Of a stretch of 51,222 bases of DNA, positions 10,523 through 20,983 are shown one piece after another. The stretch lies in the sequence record SRR31156797_8344; one strand, given 5' to 3'. The notes below the pieces were generated by a model, which had not been told where the DNA came from, did no database searches, and was given only the letters and a program-made list of their open reading frames with translations. A program made the translations under genes and the position numbers. Position 1 is the stretch's first letter. Each line of letters opens with the position of its first letter.

Positions 10523-11362
10523 GTGAAAAAAATGGTAAAACGCAGTGAAAAATTGGAGACCATGATTCATTATCTGCTTTTGGCAGTATTAGCCTTATTG
10601 TTTTTGCTCCCATTGTTGTGGATGCTGATCGCCTCTATTGATCCGGGCGCTATTCAAACTTTGAAATTACCTGAAGCAGTATCATTTGAAAATTTTGCTT
10701 CGATCCTTTCTGATCAAACTATCATTCGGTCATTCGGAATCGGCTTGCTTTTGTCCGGCTGTCAATCGATTTTAGTTGTTGTTTTATGTGTTTTGGCAGC
10801 ATATCCCTTGTCGAGGTATCAGCTAAGATATAAAAAAAGTTTTTTGATGGCGGTGCTGTTCATGACCTCATTACCGATGACTGCTGTCATCGTGCCGGTC
10901 TATCAACTGTTTATCTTTTTGAAGTTTCAAGATTCGTTACTGGCGGTGACGTTCTTCTTGACGGCGTCCTCACTGCCTTATGGGATTTGGATGATGAAGA
11001 ACTTTATGGATTCGGTACCAATCGACTTAGAAGAGTCCGCTTGGGTCGATGGGGCTTCAACATGGCAAGGGGTGCGAAAAGTCGTAGCGCCGCTGATGGT
11101 TCCAGGTATTTGTACGGTTGGTATTTTTACTTTTACTGGAAGCTGGGGCAACTTCTTTGTTCCTTATATTTTGATTCAGTCACCCGAAAAAATGCCGGCA
11201 TCAGTCTCGATCTTTCAGTTTTTCGGCAACTTTGGTATGGTCAATTATGGCCGTTTAGCCGCTTTTTCGGTGCTATATACCTTACCAGTCGTCATTTTAT
11301 ATGCTTTGTCACAAACGTATATGTCTAAAGGATTTAGCATGGGAGGAGCGACGAAAGGATGA
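10523..11362 (+). CDS. Carbohydrate ABC permease
   Basis: LEESAWVDGAS EAA loop; hydrophobic. Confidence 0.9.
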   Translation: MKKMVKRSEKLETMIHYLLLAVLALLFLLPLLWMLIASIDPGAIQTLKLPEAVSFENFASILSDQTIIRSFGIGLLLSGCQSILVVVLCVLAAYPLSRYQLRYKKSFLMAVLFMTSLPMTAVIVPVYQLFIFLKFQDSLLAVTFFLTASSLPYGIWMMKNFMDSVPIDLEESAWVDGASTWQGVRKVVAPLMVPGICTVGIFTFTGSWGNFFVPYILIQSPEKMPASVSIFQFFGNFGMVNYGRLAAFSVLYTLPVVILYALSQTYMSKGFSMGGATKG

Positions 11363-14300
11363 AAGATCCATTTCATACGACAAAAAAATTAACGAAACGA
11401 ATCGCTGAACTAAAAGCGTATCGTTTTCAAAAAGTACAAGACCTTACAATGTGGTCGGCAAAAGAAGATAAGTCAAAAACGGAAAAACACCCACCAGAAG
11501 AGTGGGACTTTACACTTTCAGTTAGCGATTTCTGGCAAGGGAGAGACCGTTATATTTGGGCTCATCATGAATTGACAGTTCCAGAGGAGGAAGACTTATG
11601 GTTACTGATCGATTTTGGTCGTACAGGTGGTGGCTATAATTCAGGCTTTGAGTCCTTGCTGTTGATCGATGGTGAACCTTATCAGGGTGTCGATTCGAAT
11701 CATACAGAGATTTTTCTGGCGGATCATTACCGAGGGAAAACCATCCGACTTGATTTAAAACTATGGTCGGGCTTGGAAGGCGGTGGGTCTGAAGTCATTC
11801 AACGGCATGAGTTTCGGCAAGCTTGTTTGGCAAAACGACACTTAGCTGCTGATGACTGTTTCTTTCTCGCTGATATGATGGCGAAAACTATCGATGGGTT
11901 ACCGGAAAATGAACCGATACGATACAAGCTGTTGAATCTTTTAGATGATGCCTTTCGTTTGATTCAGTGGCAGGTACCCGGATCTATCTCTTTTTACCAT
12001 AGCGTTGAGGAAGCGGATCATTATTTAAATCAAGAACTGCAAAAAATACCTAAACTTTCGGAGATCACTGTGACGGCTATCGGCCATACACATATCGATG
12101 TTGCTTGGTTGTGGCGGCTGAAGCATACAGGGGAAAAAGCTGTCCGCAGTTTTTCAACGGTTTTACGTTTGATGGAACAATACCCAGAATATATTTTCTT
12201 ACAAACCCAACCTCAGCTATACAAATATGTCAAAGAAAGCTATCCAGCACTTTATGAGAAAATCAAAAAGAGGATCAAAGAAGGCCGTTGGGAAGTGGAC
12301 GGAGCCATGTGGCTGGAAGCCGATTGCAATATACCGTCAGGCGAATCATTGGTCCGTCAGATACTCCATGGGAAAAAATTTGTGAAGGAAGAATTTGACA
12401 AAGAAATGCATTTCTTGTGGCTTCCGGATGTGTTCGGTTATTCATGGGCACTGCCCCAAATCTTGAAAAAATCCGGTATTGAGACGTTTATGACGACCAA
12501 AATCAGCTGGAATCAATATAACCGGATGCCTCATGATACCTTTTATTGGCGGGGAATCGATGGGACAGATATTTTGACGCATTTTATCACCACGCCAGTT
12601 GATGGTAAAACGGATGAATGGGCAGAAGAATGGTTTTATACCTACAATGGAACGCTTTCTCCGGAGACCGTTCAAGGAATTTACGACGGATATCAAGACA
12701 AGCGTTTGAATCAAGAATTTCTGCTGTCTTACGGTCATGGGGACGGCGGAGGCGGTGTCACTAGAGAGATGCTGGAAAATCGACGACGCCTTGACCAGAT
12801 TCCAGGATTGCCGCAAGTCAAAACAGGAAAAGCGAAAGCCTTTTTTGAACGACTGCATCAGACAGTAGAACAAAATAAGCCGCTGGTCTCTCGTTGGGAT
12901 GGCGAATTGTACTTGGAATATCATCGAGGAACCTATACCTCGCAAGCGTTTGTCAAAAAAATGAATCGAAAAGCTGAAATTGCTCTACGGGAACTTGAGA
13001 TTCTCTATACATGTTTAGCAGCCAGCAAAGAAGACGAGTATCCTAAGGATCCGCTTTTTGAAACATGGGAGACGGTTCTTCGTAATCAATTCCACGATAT
13101 TATTCCTGGTTCTTCGATCAAAGAAGTTTATCAAGACCATAGAGCAGAGTTTGCCGTCGTGACTCAGACCATTCAACAGTTATTTGAACAATTAGATGGA
13201 CCTGCTAATCAAAAGTATACAGTCAACAATACAGCTAGCTGGTCAAGGAATGAACTGATTGAACTTCCACTTTTACAAGAAGGTCGCTTTATTGATTCAC
13301 AAGGAAAAGAACTTCCGGCTTATTTTGATGGAGAAAAACAGTCTGTTCTTGTGACAAATGTTCCGCCAATGAGTCAGGTGATGATAGAGTTTCAACCGAT
13401 AGCAGAAAATAAAGACATCAAACCGCTCGCTGAGTTCACAGAGGGAGCGCTTGAGACCGATCGTTTGCGAATTTTATGGGAAACATCGGGAAATTTGATC
13501 AGCATTTTTGATAAGAAACTAGGTAGAGAAATGTTGGAAGGAAAAGGGAATGTTTTTCAGCTATTTGAAGACAAACCTTTAAATTACGATGCATGGGATA
13601 TCGATAGTTTTTATCAAGAAAAAGCAACAGTGCTTCAAGCCGATCAAATACGATTACGCTCAAATAATGCGCTTTACGCTTCCGTAGTATTTGAGTATAC
13701 GTTTGGTAATTCGCAGATACATCAGGAAATGCGGGTCTATGCTCATACACAACGAATCGATTTTTTAACAAACGTGTCATGGCATGAACGCCAACAACTG
13801 TTGAAGGTAAACTTTGATGCAGCAATTCGATCAACTGAAGCAGTATTTGATATTCAGTACGGAAATGTAAAACGAGCTACCCATGCTAATACCAATTGGC
13901 AATTGGCTCAGTTTGAAACAGTAGGCCACCAATGGGCAGATCTTTCAGAAAAATATTGTGGGGTAAGTTTATTGAATGACTGTAAATATGGTTATGCTGT
14001 TAAGGAAAATCAATTAAGCTTGACCTTGCTTAAAGGCGCTATCTATCCTGATCCACTGGCTGACGATGGCGATCACAAATTTACTTACAGTTTTTATGCC
14101 CACGAGCACGATGCCATCGATGGGGGAACAATGGAAGAAGCATGGTCCCTCAACTCGCCATTAACGGTTATTAACGGAGAACATTCTTGGTTGCTTCCGT
14201 TGCAAATAGACTGTGAAACCTCAGTTACCATCGACGCCATCAAGCAAGCAGAAACCGGCAAAGGGTGGATTTTACGCTTACATGATCACACGGGAGGAAC

Positions 14301-14448
14301 TAGAAAGGTTACATTGCAGTTGCCAAGCAGTTTTTGGCAAAAAACAGATTTAATGGAGATACCTTTAAATAATGAGCAGTGGAAAGATGAAGTCTCATTT
14401 ACCTTGTCACCCTTCGAAATAAAAACATTTCATTTTGAGTTGAGATAA
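11359..14448 (+). CDS. Alpha-mannosidase, glycoside hydrolase family 38
   Basis: GHTHIDVAWLW, WLPDVFG nucleophile motif, ELYLEYHRGTYTSQ, NQFHDIIPGSSI. Confidence 0.92.
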   Translation: MKDPFHTTKKLTKRIAELKAYRFQKVQDLTMWSAKEDKSKTEKHPPEEWDFTLSVSDFWQGRDRYIWAHHELTVPEEEDLWLLIDFGRTGGGYNSGFESLLLIDGEPYQGVDSNHTEIFLADHYRGKTIRLDLKLWSGLEGGGSEVIQRHEFRQACLAKRHLAADDCFFLADMMAKTIDGLPENEPIRYKLLNLLDDAFRLIQWQVPGSISFYHSVEEADHYLNQELQKIPKLSEITVTAIGHTHIDVAWLWRLKHTGEKAVRSFSTVLRLMEQYPEYIFLQTQPQLYKYVKESYPALYEKIKKRIKEGRWEVDGAMWLEADCNIPSGESLVRQILHGKKFVKEEFDKEMHFLWLPDVFGYSWALPQILKKSGIETFMTTKISWNQYNRMPHDTFYWRGIDGTDILTHFITTPVDGKTDEWAEEWFYTYNGTLSPETVQGIYDGYQDKRLNQEFLLSYGHGDGGGGVTREMLENRRRLDQIPGLPQVKTGKAKAFFERLHQTVEQNKPLVSRWDGELYLEYHRGTYTSQAFVKKMNRKAEIALRELEILYTCLAASKEDEYPKDPLFETWETVLRNQFHDIIPGSSIKEVYQDHRAEFAVVTQTIQQLFEQLDGPANQKYTVNNTASWSRNELIELPLLQEGRFIDSQGKELPAYFDGEKQSVLVTNVPPMSQVMIEFQPIAENKDIKPLAEFTEGALETDRLRILWETSGNLISIFDKKLGREMLEGKGNVFQLFEDKPLNYDAWDIDSFYQEKATVLQADQIRLRSNNALYASVVFEYTFGNSQIHQEMRVYAHTQRIDFLTNVSWHERQQLLKVNFDAAIRSTEAVFDIQYGNVKRATHANTNWQLAQFETVGHQWADLSEKYCGVSLLNDCKYGYAVKENQLSLTLLKGAIYPDPLADDGDHKFTYSFYAHEHDAIDGGTMEEAWSLNSPLTVINGEHSWLLPLQIDCETSVTIDAIKQAETGKGWILRLHDHTGGTRKVTLQLPSSFWQKTDLMEIPLNNEQWKDEVSFTLSPFEIKTFHFELR

Positions 14449-14453
14449 ACTAA

Positions 14454-14494
14454 AACCAGCAGATTCTCCATTTATAGCGGAGAATCTGCTGGTT
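14454..14494. terminator. Bidirectional terminator
   Basis: AACCAGCAGATTCTCC / GGAGAATCTGCTGGTT perfect inverted repeat between convergent genes. Confidence 0.85.
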
Positions 14495-14498
14495 GTGT

Positions 14499-15338
14499 TT
14501 ATTCAAATTCTTCATACTCATTTGGGTCTTGACCATCGATGCGGCCGTCTGCTTTGTTTAACTGATTGATTTGATTGATTTCATCTTCAGTCAGTTCAAA
14601 GTCGAAGATCGCAAGATTTTCTCGTTGATGGGCGAGGTTTCTTGATTTAGGTAGGGGCAAAATGCCACGTTCCACATGCCAGCGCAAGATGATTTGACCA
14701 GCTGATTTTTGGTATTTCTCAGCTAATTCAGTGATCAGTGGCTCTTTCAGGGCATCGCTGCCGCGGCCTAATGGGCTCCAAGCTTCCGTTACGATGCCGC
14801 GTTTTTTGTTCTCTGTAACCATTCGTTCTTGGACCCAGTAAGGATGGATCTCAATTTGATTTAGCGCAGGGGTCACACCAGTTGCTTCAATGATGGCATC
14901 CAAATGTTCTGGCTCGAAATTGGAAACGCCGATGGAACGGATCAAACCTAATTTCTGGGCGGTCACTAAGGCTTGCCAAGCTTCGACATATTTGCCGCGT
15001 TTTGGTAATGGCCAGTGGATCAAAAAGGCATCGAAGTAGTCGAGTCCCATGCGAGCAAGGGATTCTTGAATGCTGGTTAAGGCATCATCATAGCCATGGT
15101 ATTTTCCCGGTAATTTTGAGGTGATATAAAATTCTGAACGTGGGATACCAGAGCGACGGATCGCTTTGCCGACAATGCCTTCATTGTCATAATTGGTTGA
15201 AGAATCGATCAATCGATACCCGTCAGCGATCGCTGCTTGCAGCTGGCTCAACCCTTCGCCACCGCGGATCTGATAGGTACCGATGCCCACGGCGGGGCGT
15301 AAATTGCCGTCGTTTAATGTCAGTAAAGGTGCTTTCAT
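14499..15338 (-). CDS. Aldo/keto reductase
   Basis: D-x4-Y (DSSTNY), ITSK, LIHWP, GVSNF, NQIEIHP, AWSPLG, LPKS. Confidence 0.92.
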   Translation of the reverse strand: MKAPLLTLNDGNLRPAVGIGTYQIRGGEGLSQLQAAIADGYRLIDSSTNYDNEGIVGKAIRRSGIPRSEFYITSKLPGKYHGYDDALTSIQESLARMGLDYFDAFLIHWPLPKRGKYVEAWQALVTAQKLGLIRSIGVSNFEPEHLDAIIEATGVTPALNQIEIHPYWVQERMVTENKKRGIVTEAWSPLGRGSDALKEPLITELAEKYQKSAGQIILRWHVERGILPLPKSRNLAHQRENLAIFDFELTEDEINQINQLNKADGRIDGQDPNEYEEFE

Positions 15339-15466
15339 AAAATGATTCCTCCTTTTCTTTACATTCTACTCTAACGCTTTTTTGCCAGGAACGTAACCAA
15401 CTTGCTCAAACAAAGAAAAAAGAGCAACGGTTTCTGTTTCAGAAACAATTGCTCTTTTTGATTAAA

Positions 15467-16294
15467 TTATTTTTCAGGCGGTGTGCCATACATTTTTGGT
15501 GTGACTTGATCGAGTTTTGGCGCTTTTCCTTCGATCTTTGGTTCGTCTAGCCATTGGTATTCGCCTTCACCATCAAGGGCTTTGCCTTTCGCCCAAGAGC
15601 CTTCTTTACTTTGGTCGCCTTCTGAGAAGTTATAGAAATCATAAGCGATATCTAAGCGTTCGTTTTTGCGGTCAAAGGTAGTCGGCACTAAAATCGAGCC
15701 TTCATTTTCTTCCAATTCTTTCACGGCAGCTGCCCAAAGATTTTGGTGGTAGCTATCACGCGCTAATAAGACCGAAAGTAAGTCTTTGACCCCACGGTCA
15801 TCGATCATTTCATAGATGCGTGCTACTTGCAGACGACCTTGTGATTCTGCATTTAAGTTGGCACGGAAATCAGCAAGCAAGTTGCCACTAGCAATGATAT
15901 ACGCACCTGACCATGGATTGCCGACGCTATCAGCAGGACGTGGTCCTAAGCCGGCAACGATGGCATGTTGCGGGTTCATTCCGGAAATGATCGCACCGAT
16001 CGTTGGGTCTTTTTTCATGGCAGCTTCCTGATCTTCCACAGGTGCACCTTCCAGCAGACGTGCAACCATCGTTGCTAACATTTCAACGTGTCCAAGCTCT
16101 TCAGTAGCGATATCCATCAACATATCTTTGTATTTTTCTTCCCCACGGCAGCTCCATCCTTGGAATAAGTATTGCATGGCAACACTCATCTCTCCATATT
16201 GTCCACCGATTAATTCTTGAAGGTATTTCGCAACTAACGGATTTGGTTTTTCTGGTTTAGCTTCAAACTGTAGTTCTTTTTGATGACGAAACAT
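15467..16294 (-). CDS. Manganese catalase family protein
   Basis: GGQYGE, ATEELGHVE, NLNAESQGR, RDSYHQ; start moved to ATG 16294 behind AGGAGG. Confidence 0.92.
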   Translation of the reverse strand: MFRHQKELQFEAKPEKPNPLVAKYLQELIGGQYGEMSVAMQYLFQGWSCRGEEKYKDMLMDIATEELGHVEMLATMVARLLEGAPVEDQEAAMKKDPTIGAIISGMNPQHAIVAGLGPRPADSVGNPWSGAYIIASGNLLADFRANLNAESQGRLQVARIYEMIDDRGVKDLLSVLLARDSYHQNLWAAAVKELEENEGSILVPTTFDRKNERLDIAYDFYNFSEGDQSKEGSWAKGKALDGEGEYQWLDEPKIEGKAPKLDQVTPKMYGTPPEK

Positions 16295-16480
16295 ACTATT
16301 CCTCCTAAAATTTTTTATTGGGCCCATAAAAAGTTTCTCATGAATCGAAAGGTTCGTCTAATAAAATGCACTTAGTTCAAATTGAAAAAAGCTCCAAAAA
16401 GAAAAGCCATTTACTTTGACAAAAAGCGAGAAGCGTTAGATAGTTAAATTAAGAGAGAATTAGAAAAGGAGCGAGTCACC

Positions 16481-17422
16481 ATGTTTCAGTATTACAAAAT
16501 GGACGACCGAAAAATAAGGGAATCCTCGGGGGAAGACTACAATTGGCTGGTGGTTTCTGGGACAGATCCAGAGGAACAACGCCACTTGTTAGATAAGTAT
16601 CAACTGCCCGAAGATATTTTTATTGGCGCCAACGAACCGGAAGAAGTCTCACGTTTGGAATACTTACGTAACACTAAGTTAAATCATCCGATTCTTTATA
16701 CCTTGATCGATTTGTCAGAAGTGACACAAGACCGCATCGAAGATCGTTTAGAACCGGTGACGTTTATTTATACCAAAGATCTTTTAATCACTTATGTCTC
16801 TCATCAATCTACACTGATTAAACGCCTGATTGAAAAGCATGAGCAAGATATTCAACGGTATGAAGATATTGTTGCCTACTCGACGCTGATGATCTACACC
16901 CATTACATCAAAGGTCTGCAGGAAATGAAGAAACAGATCGATGCACTAGATGAAGCAGCTCGTAAAACGACGGAAAACAACGAATTGTTTAATTTAGCCG
17001 ATACCGAACGAGACATGGTCTATCTGGATCACACCTTACGGGATCAGAACCATACTGTCGATCGTTTGATGGATCGCAAAGAATTTTTGGATCGTTTGGA
17101 TAATGAAGCACTCGTTTATGACATTAAGCTACGACAGAAGTTTGCCATGAAAATGGTCACTATCTATCGCGACTTGTTAGAAACCATTGGTGGCTTGTTC
17201 TCCGATATGATGGACAACAATCTAAACCATCTGATGAAATACTTAGATTCTGCGGCATTGGTGGTGGCTGTGCCGTCCTTGATCGCGGGGCTATGGGGAA
17301 TCAACACCGGGGGCCTGCCAGGAAAAGACAATGCCATCGGCACGATCATTGTCTTTGGTTTGGCTATTTTAGTTGGGATATTAACCGCCATTTACTTGTC
17401 ACGGAAAGACTTTTCAAAATAA
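16481..17422 (+). CDS. CorA-family metal transporter
   Basis: Soluble N-domain, two C-terminal TMs, WGIN variant of the GMN motif. Confidence 0.85.
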   Translation: MFQYYKMDDRKIRESSGEDYNWLVVSGTDPEEQRHLLDKYQLPEDIFIGANEPEEVSRLEYLRNTKLNHPILYTLIDLSEVTQDRIEDRLEPVTFIYTKDLLITYVSHQSTLIKRLIEKHEQDIQRYEDIVAYSTLMIYTHYIKGLQEMKKQIDALDEAARKTTENNELFNLADTERDMVYLDHTLRDQNHTVDRLMDRKEFLDRLDNEALVYDIKLRQKFAMKMVTIYRDLLETIGGLFSDMMDNNLNHLMKYLDSAALVVAVPSLIAGLWGINTGGLPGKDNAIGTIIVFGLAILVGILTAIYLSRKDFSK

Positions 17423-17493
17423 AAAGCGTCGCTGCTCTGTGGCACCGTTCATCCGTAAAAGGAGAATGGTGCGACGAAGCAGTTGGCATTTTT

Positions 17494-17763
17494 TTATTTT
17501 AACCCGCTGTCCAAATTGCTGTCGAGAGTCCAGCGCTGAAAGGCGAGAAAGACCAGCAGCAAAGGCAAGATGTAAATTACCGAGGCAGCAATCAAAATTT
17601 TCCGATTGATATTTTCAGCGCCCACCAAGCTGCGGTTCGCCAATTGCAAGGTGTATTTTTTCGGATCATTCAAGAGGATCAAGGGCTAGATATAATCCTT
17701 CCACCGCCACTGGAAGGAGAAGATCCCCAGTGTCATAATGATTGGTCGGGCAATCGGCAGCAT
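17494..17763 (-). pseudogene. Remnant C-terminal part of a carbohydrate ABC permease
   Basis: Minus strand reads MLPIARPIIMTLGIFSFQWRWKDYI*PLILLNDPKKYTLQLA...FLAFQR...SGLK; TAG at 17688-17686 sits where Trp is expected; N-terminal half absent. Confidence 0.75.
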
Positions 17764-18342
17764 GGTGATGGCGATGATAGATGAAGAAAAAAATGGCATC
17801 GTTTTTTGTAAGCGCATAGCTGCAGTCGGCACTGACTAGAATCCTCAATAAATCCGCGTAAGGCAAATCAGGAACTTCTACAGTCACACCGTTTTTTTCT
17901 GTGTATTTTCCCGTCATTTTCAAATAAGTACCGCCTTCGCTAGGAGCTCTGGAAGCAAACATGGGAATCTGCGAAGATATTTCCAATCGGCAACGATCGA
18001 AACGTCCCCTAATGAAAAATAGCTGAAGTGCTGAAAAGATAGCTGTCCTAAAACGCACTGAGGAGTAAAAAGTGCCAATTATCTGACAAAATGAGAGTGG
18101 CTCTCCCTCAGTTTAGCGAAGAAGATGCAAAATAAAAAATAAAGCGATTTCAAAAAATGCACGAATATTAAAAAAAACGAATTAAAGCTCTTACAACGAT
18201 AATTAAGAAGTACTGGTAAACGTTAATATAACAAGGTTTGAAATTTTTTTTTGCAAATTGAGTGCAAATCTTTTGTCTAAAACGGGGATTAAGCGTAACA
18301 TAATATGTGTAATAACTACTTAAAAGAAAGAAGGAGAAAAAT

Positions 18343-18591
18343 ATGCATTGGTTATGGGTATTAATCGTAGGAGCTATTATCGGTTTGATCGCCGGAGCTA
18401 TCACAAATAAAGGTGGATCAATGGGTTGGATCGCCAACATCGTTGCAGGTTTAGTAGGTTCAGCTATTGGACAAGCAATCTTAGGTTCTTGGGGTCCATC
18501 ACTTGCTGGAATGGCAATCGTCCCATCAATTATTGGTGCGGTTATTGTAGTTGCTGTTGTTTCATTCTTCTTAGGACGTTCAAACGGCTAG
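18343..18591 (+). CDS. GlsB/YeaQ/YmgE-family stress-response membrane protein
   Basis: 82 aa Gly-rich hydrophobic protein, LIVGAIIGLIAG...IVPSIIGAVIVV; AAGGAG RBS. Confidence 0.88.
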   Translation: MHWLWVLIVGAIIGLIAGAITNKGGSMGWIANIVAGLVGSAIGQAILGSWGPSLAGMAIVPSIIGAVIVVAVVSFFLGRSNG

Positions 18592-18772
18592 TCCATTCAG
18601 CAATTGTTTCCATTCATTTATTTCGGGTAGTAATTACCTTGAATAGACAGGCAAATCCAGATTTTCTGGGTTTGCCTTTTTTGTTTTTAAGGAAGCATAA
18701 GCAATCCTTTTGTCATATCGGGAAATTGTCGTTACACTTGAAGTAGGTCAAAAAAAGAAAGGAAGAGGTTCA

Positions 18773-19174
18773 ATGAAAAAGCAATATGAAACAGCGATGA
18801 TCAATCGAGGCGGACGTGTCGGAGAGGTCGAAGCACCAAATGGCAGTTTTCACCTGAAAATCGACAAACCGGGTCTTCACAGTGAGGGCACAAACCCAGA
18901 ACAATTATTTGCCGCTGGCTATGCTTCTTGTTTCAACGGTGCCGTACAGCATATGCTGAAAGAGCATAACATCGAATCCGAATCCGAAGTTAAAGCAAGA
19001 GTGTCTTTGTATCAGCATGAGGACGGCAGTTACCAAATCGGCGTGATTTTAGAAGTGTCGTTACCAGGCGTTGAAAAAGCCGAGGCAGAGAAAATCGCAG
19101 AAGAAGCCCATGATTTTTGTCCGTATTCTCGGGCAACTCGTGGCAACATTGATGTCGAAGTACAAGTAGTCTAA
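18773..19174 (+). CDS. ohr: Organic hydroperoxide resistance protein
   Basis: GTNPEQLFAAGYASCF and CPYSRATRGNI; start moved to ATG 18773. Confidence 0.92.
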   Translation: MKKQYETAMINRGGRVGEVEAPNGSFHLKIDKPGLHSEGTNPEQLFAAGYASCFNGAVQHMLKEHNIESESEVKARVSLYQHEDGSYQIGVILEVSLPGVEKAEAEKIAEEAHDFCPYSRATRGNIDVEVQVV

Positions 19175-19251
19175 GCATTATTGCAGCTAGACAAACAATA
19201 AGCGGCTGATGAATCAGCCGACAAGAGGGAATTCATCAAGGAGGCCAATCA

Positions 19252-20286
19252 ATGAGACAAACAGAGATCTTGCTGCTTTTGGGCGTGTTTGTGGTTGGCC
19301 TTTTTGTGGTGTACTGGCTGAAAAAGCACCGACATGCGCGCCACAATCAAGCACTGGCAGCTCAGCTGAAGCGTTATCCCAGCGTGCGGAAAGCGTGGCT
19401 GGCAGCCGGGGCAAAAAGGGAAGCAGTCCTTTTGGTTCCCGGTTTAAAAAAAGCTACTGCCGCAGTTGCAACGACGGCAACGGCGAAAGCAGAAACGAGG
19501 CTGTACAAGCATGCGGATCAGTGTCAGGCAATGACTCCACAAGGGTTGGCCGTTTCGGAGGACTATTTGTTCCTCTCTGCGTACTGTTCGCAGCAGGAAC
19601 ATCACTCACAGCTTTATATAATAGAAAGAACGAGCGGACGGCATCTGAAAACGGTGGTTCTGCCAAAACGCCCCCATGTCGGCGGATTAGTCTTTGATCG
19701 AGCAACGCAAGTGCTGTGGCTAACCATCACTGGGAAAGGAATGGGACGAGTGGCGTGTGTTTCTTTGCAGACACTGCTGGAAGATGATTCCTTGGCAACC
19801 AGTCAGCCGATCGCTTATCAGCAAGTCATCGAATTGGCAGGCATCACTCACAGCTCCTATTTGGCAGCCGATAGCGGTGAACTTGTCTCAGGGACCTTTG
19901 CCTTGAAAAACGGTGGTGTGGTGGCGAATTATCCGCTGCCTGTTCTTTCAGACAGCGGTCGCAAAGCATCTCCTCGCATCAAGCCGCGTAAGAGAAGGGT
20001 CACCACCACGAAAGTCCAAAGTGTCGCCTTTACCACTGAATACTTGTTGCTGGCACGTTCCTTTGGACCAAGGTCGGCTGAGTTATGGGTCTTTTCAAAG
20101 GATGCAACGGTGCTGACCCGCAAACATGCGTTGCGGCGCATCAAGTTTCCCCATTACCTTGAACAGATCGTGGTAGAAAAAGGGCAGCTGTACTGCTTGT
20201 TTGAAAGTGGGGCATGGGCGTATCGCCAAAAAGGCGGCAGCATCGATGAAGTCGTGGTATTGGACCTTGCGACCTTACTTCAGTAA
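19252..20286 (+). CDS. Membrane-anchored hypothetical protein, possibly beta-propeller
   Basis: AAGGAGG RBS; N-terminal TM; PQGL, HVGGL, EQI repeats suggest a propeller fold. Confidence 0.65.
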   Translation: MRQTEILLLLGVFVVGLFVVYWLKKHRHARHNQALAAQLKRYPSVRKAWLAAGAKREAVLLVPGLKKATAAVATTATAKAETRLYKHADQCQAMTPQGLAVSEDYLFLSAYCSQQEHHSQLYIIERTSGRHLKTVVLPKRPHVGGLVFDRATQVLWLTITGKGMGRVACVSLQTLLEDDSLATSQPIAYQQVIELAGITHSSYLAADSGELVSGTFALKNGGVVANYPLPVLSDSGRKASPRIKPRKRRVTTTKVQSVAFTTEYLLLARSFGPRSAELWVFSKDATVLTRKHALRRIKFPHYLEQIVVEKGQLYCLFESGAWAYRQKGGSIDEVVVLDLATLLQ

Positions 20287-20346
20287 AATCACTGCTTAAA
20301 AAGAAAAAAGACCAGCCTCTTAAGAAGCTGGTCGTAAGTGCAGTAA

Positions 20347-20691
20347 TTATTCCACGATTGCTCGTTGGATATCTAAGACGGTGCCGGTATGAGCATCTGC
20401 CAAAAATTCATAGGTGACAAGCTGTCCGTCTTCGGTGCGGGTGATGCCGCCAGTATATCCTTGGGAAGTGATCGCAAATTTGCGCAAAGGTTGTTTTTCG
20501 AAATTGATCCAAGAACCTTCGATCGGTCCTTCTTTGATAAACGCCGCTTTTATATTGTCTAAGACATCATCGGCATTCATGGCTTGCCTTTTCTTCAACC
20601 AGATCGTTGAAAAAATCCCTCCTGCAAAGCCAAGACCTAAACCGATGGTCAGTCCATTTTTAAAATAATGCAATGGATGCTCATTCTCCAT
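20347..20691 (-). CDS. PepSY-domain protein
   Basis: N-terminal TM; EGPIEGSWI and YEFLADAHTGTVLDI. Confidence 0.8.
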   Translation of the reverse strand: MENEHPLHYFKNGLTIGLGLGFAGGIFSTIWLKKRQAMNADDVLDNIKAAFIKEGPIEGSWINFEKQPLRKFAITSQGYTGGITRTEDGQLVTYEFLADAHTGTVLDIQRAIVE

Positions 20692-20983
20692 CTAATGTCC
20701 CTCCTAAAGTAAGTTTTCCCGAATGTTTTGATCTCGGTGAAAGCACAGGTTCTCTTAACAATAGTTTACCATAGTTTAGAAATATTCTATAAGAAAAATA
20801 ACCAACAATAGAAATTTGCGCTATAATAAAGAATATCAGTAGGAATAAGGAGGAAGAGAGCACATCCGTTGTTTCACCCAAAAATTGCTGGAAAACACAG
20901 CAACAGCAAGCGTTGCTTTTTCAAAAAAAGCAGCTTTGTTTCTTTGGGGCAGCAAACAACCGATACGTGTTTCTCGAATGATC

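Noticed and set aside
19209-19697. 162-aa alternative-frame ORF, and other nested or antisense ORFs such as 12442-12945 and 47437-47979
   Set aside because: Shadows of well-supported genes, with no RBS or recognisable motifs
20885-20983. N-terminal extension of PepA from TTG 20885
   Set aside because: 31 nt from the SD, lies within the hairpin and is not M42-like; treated under the split-RBS finding
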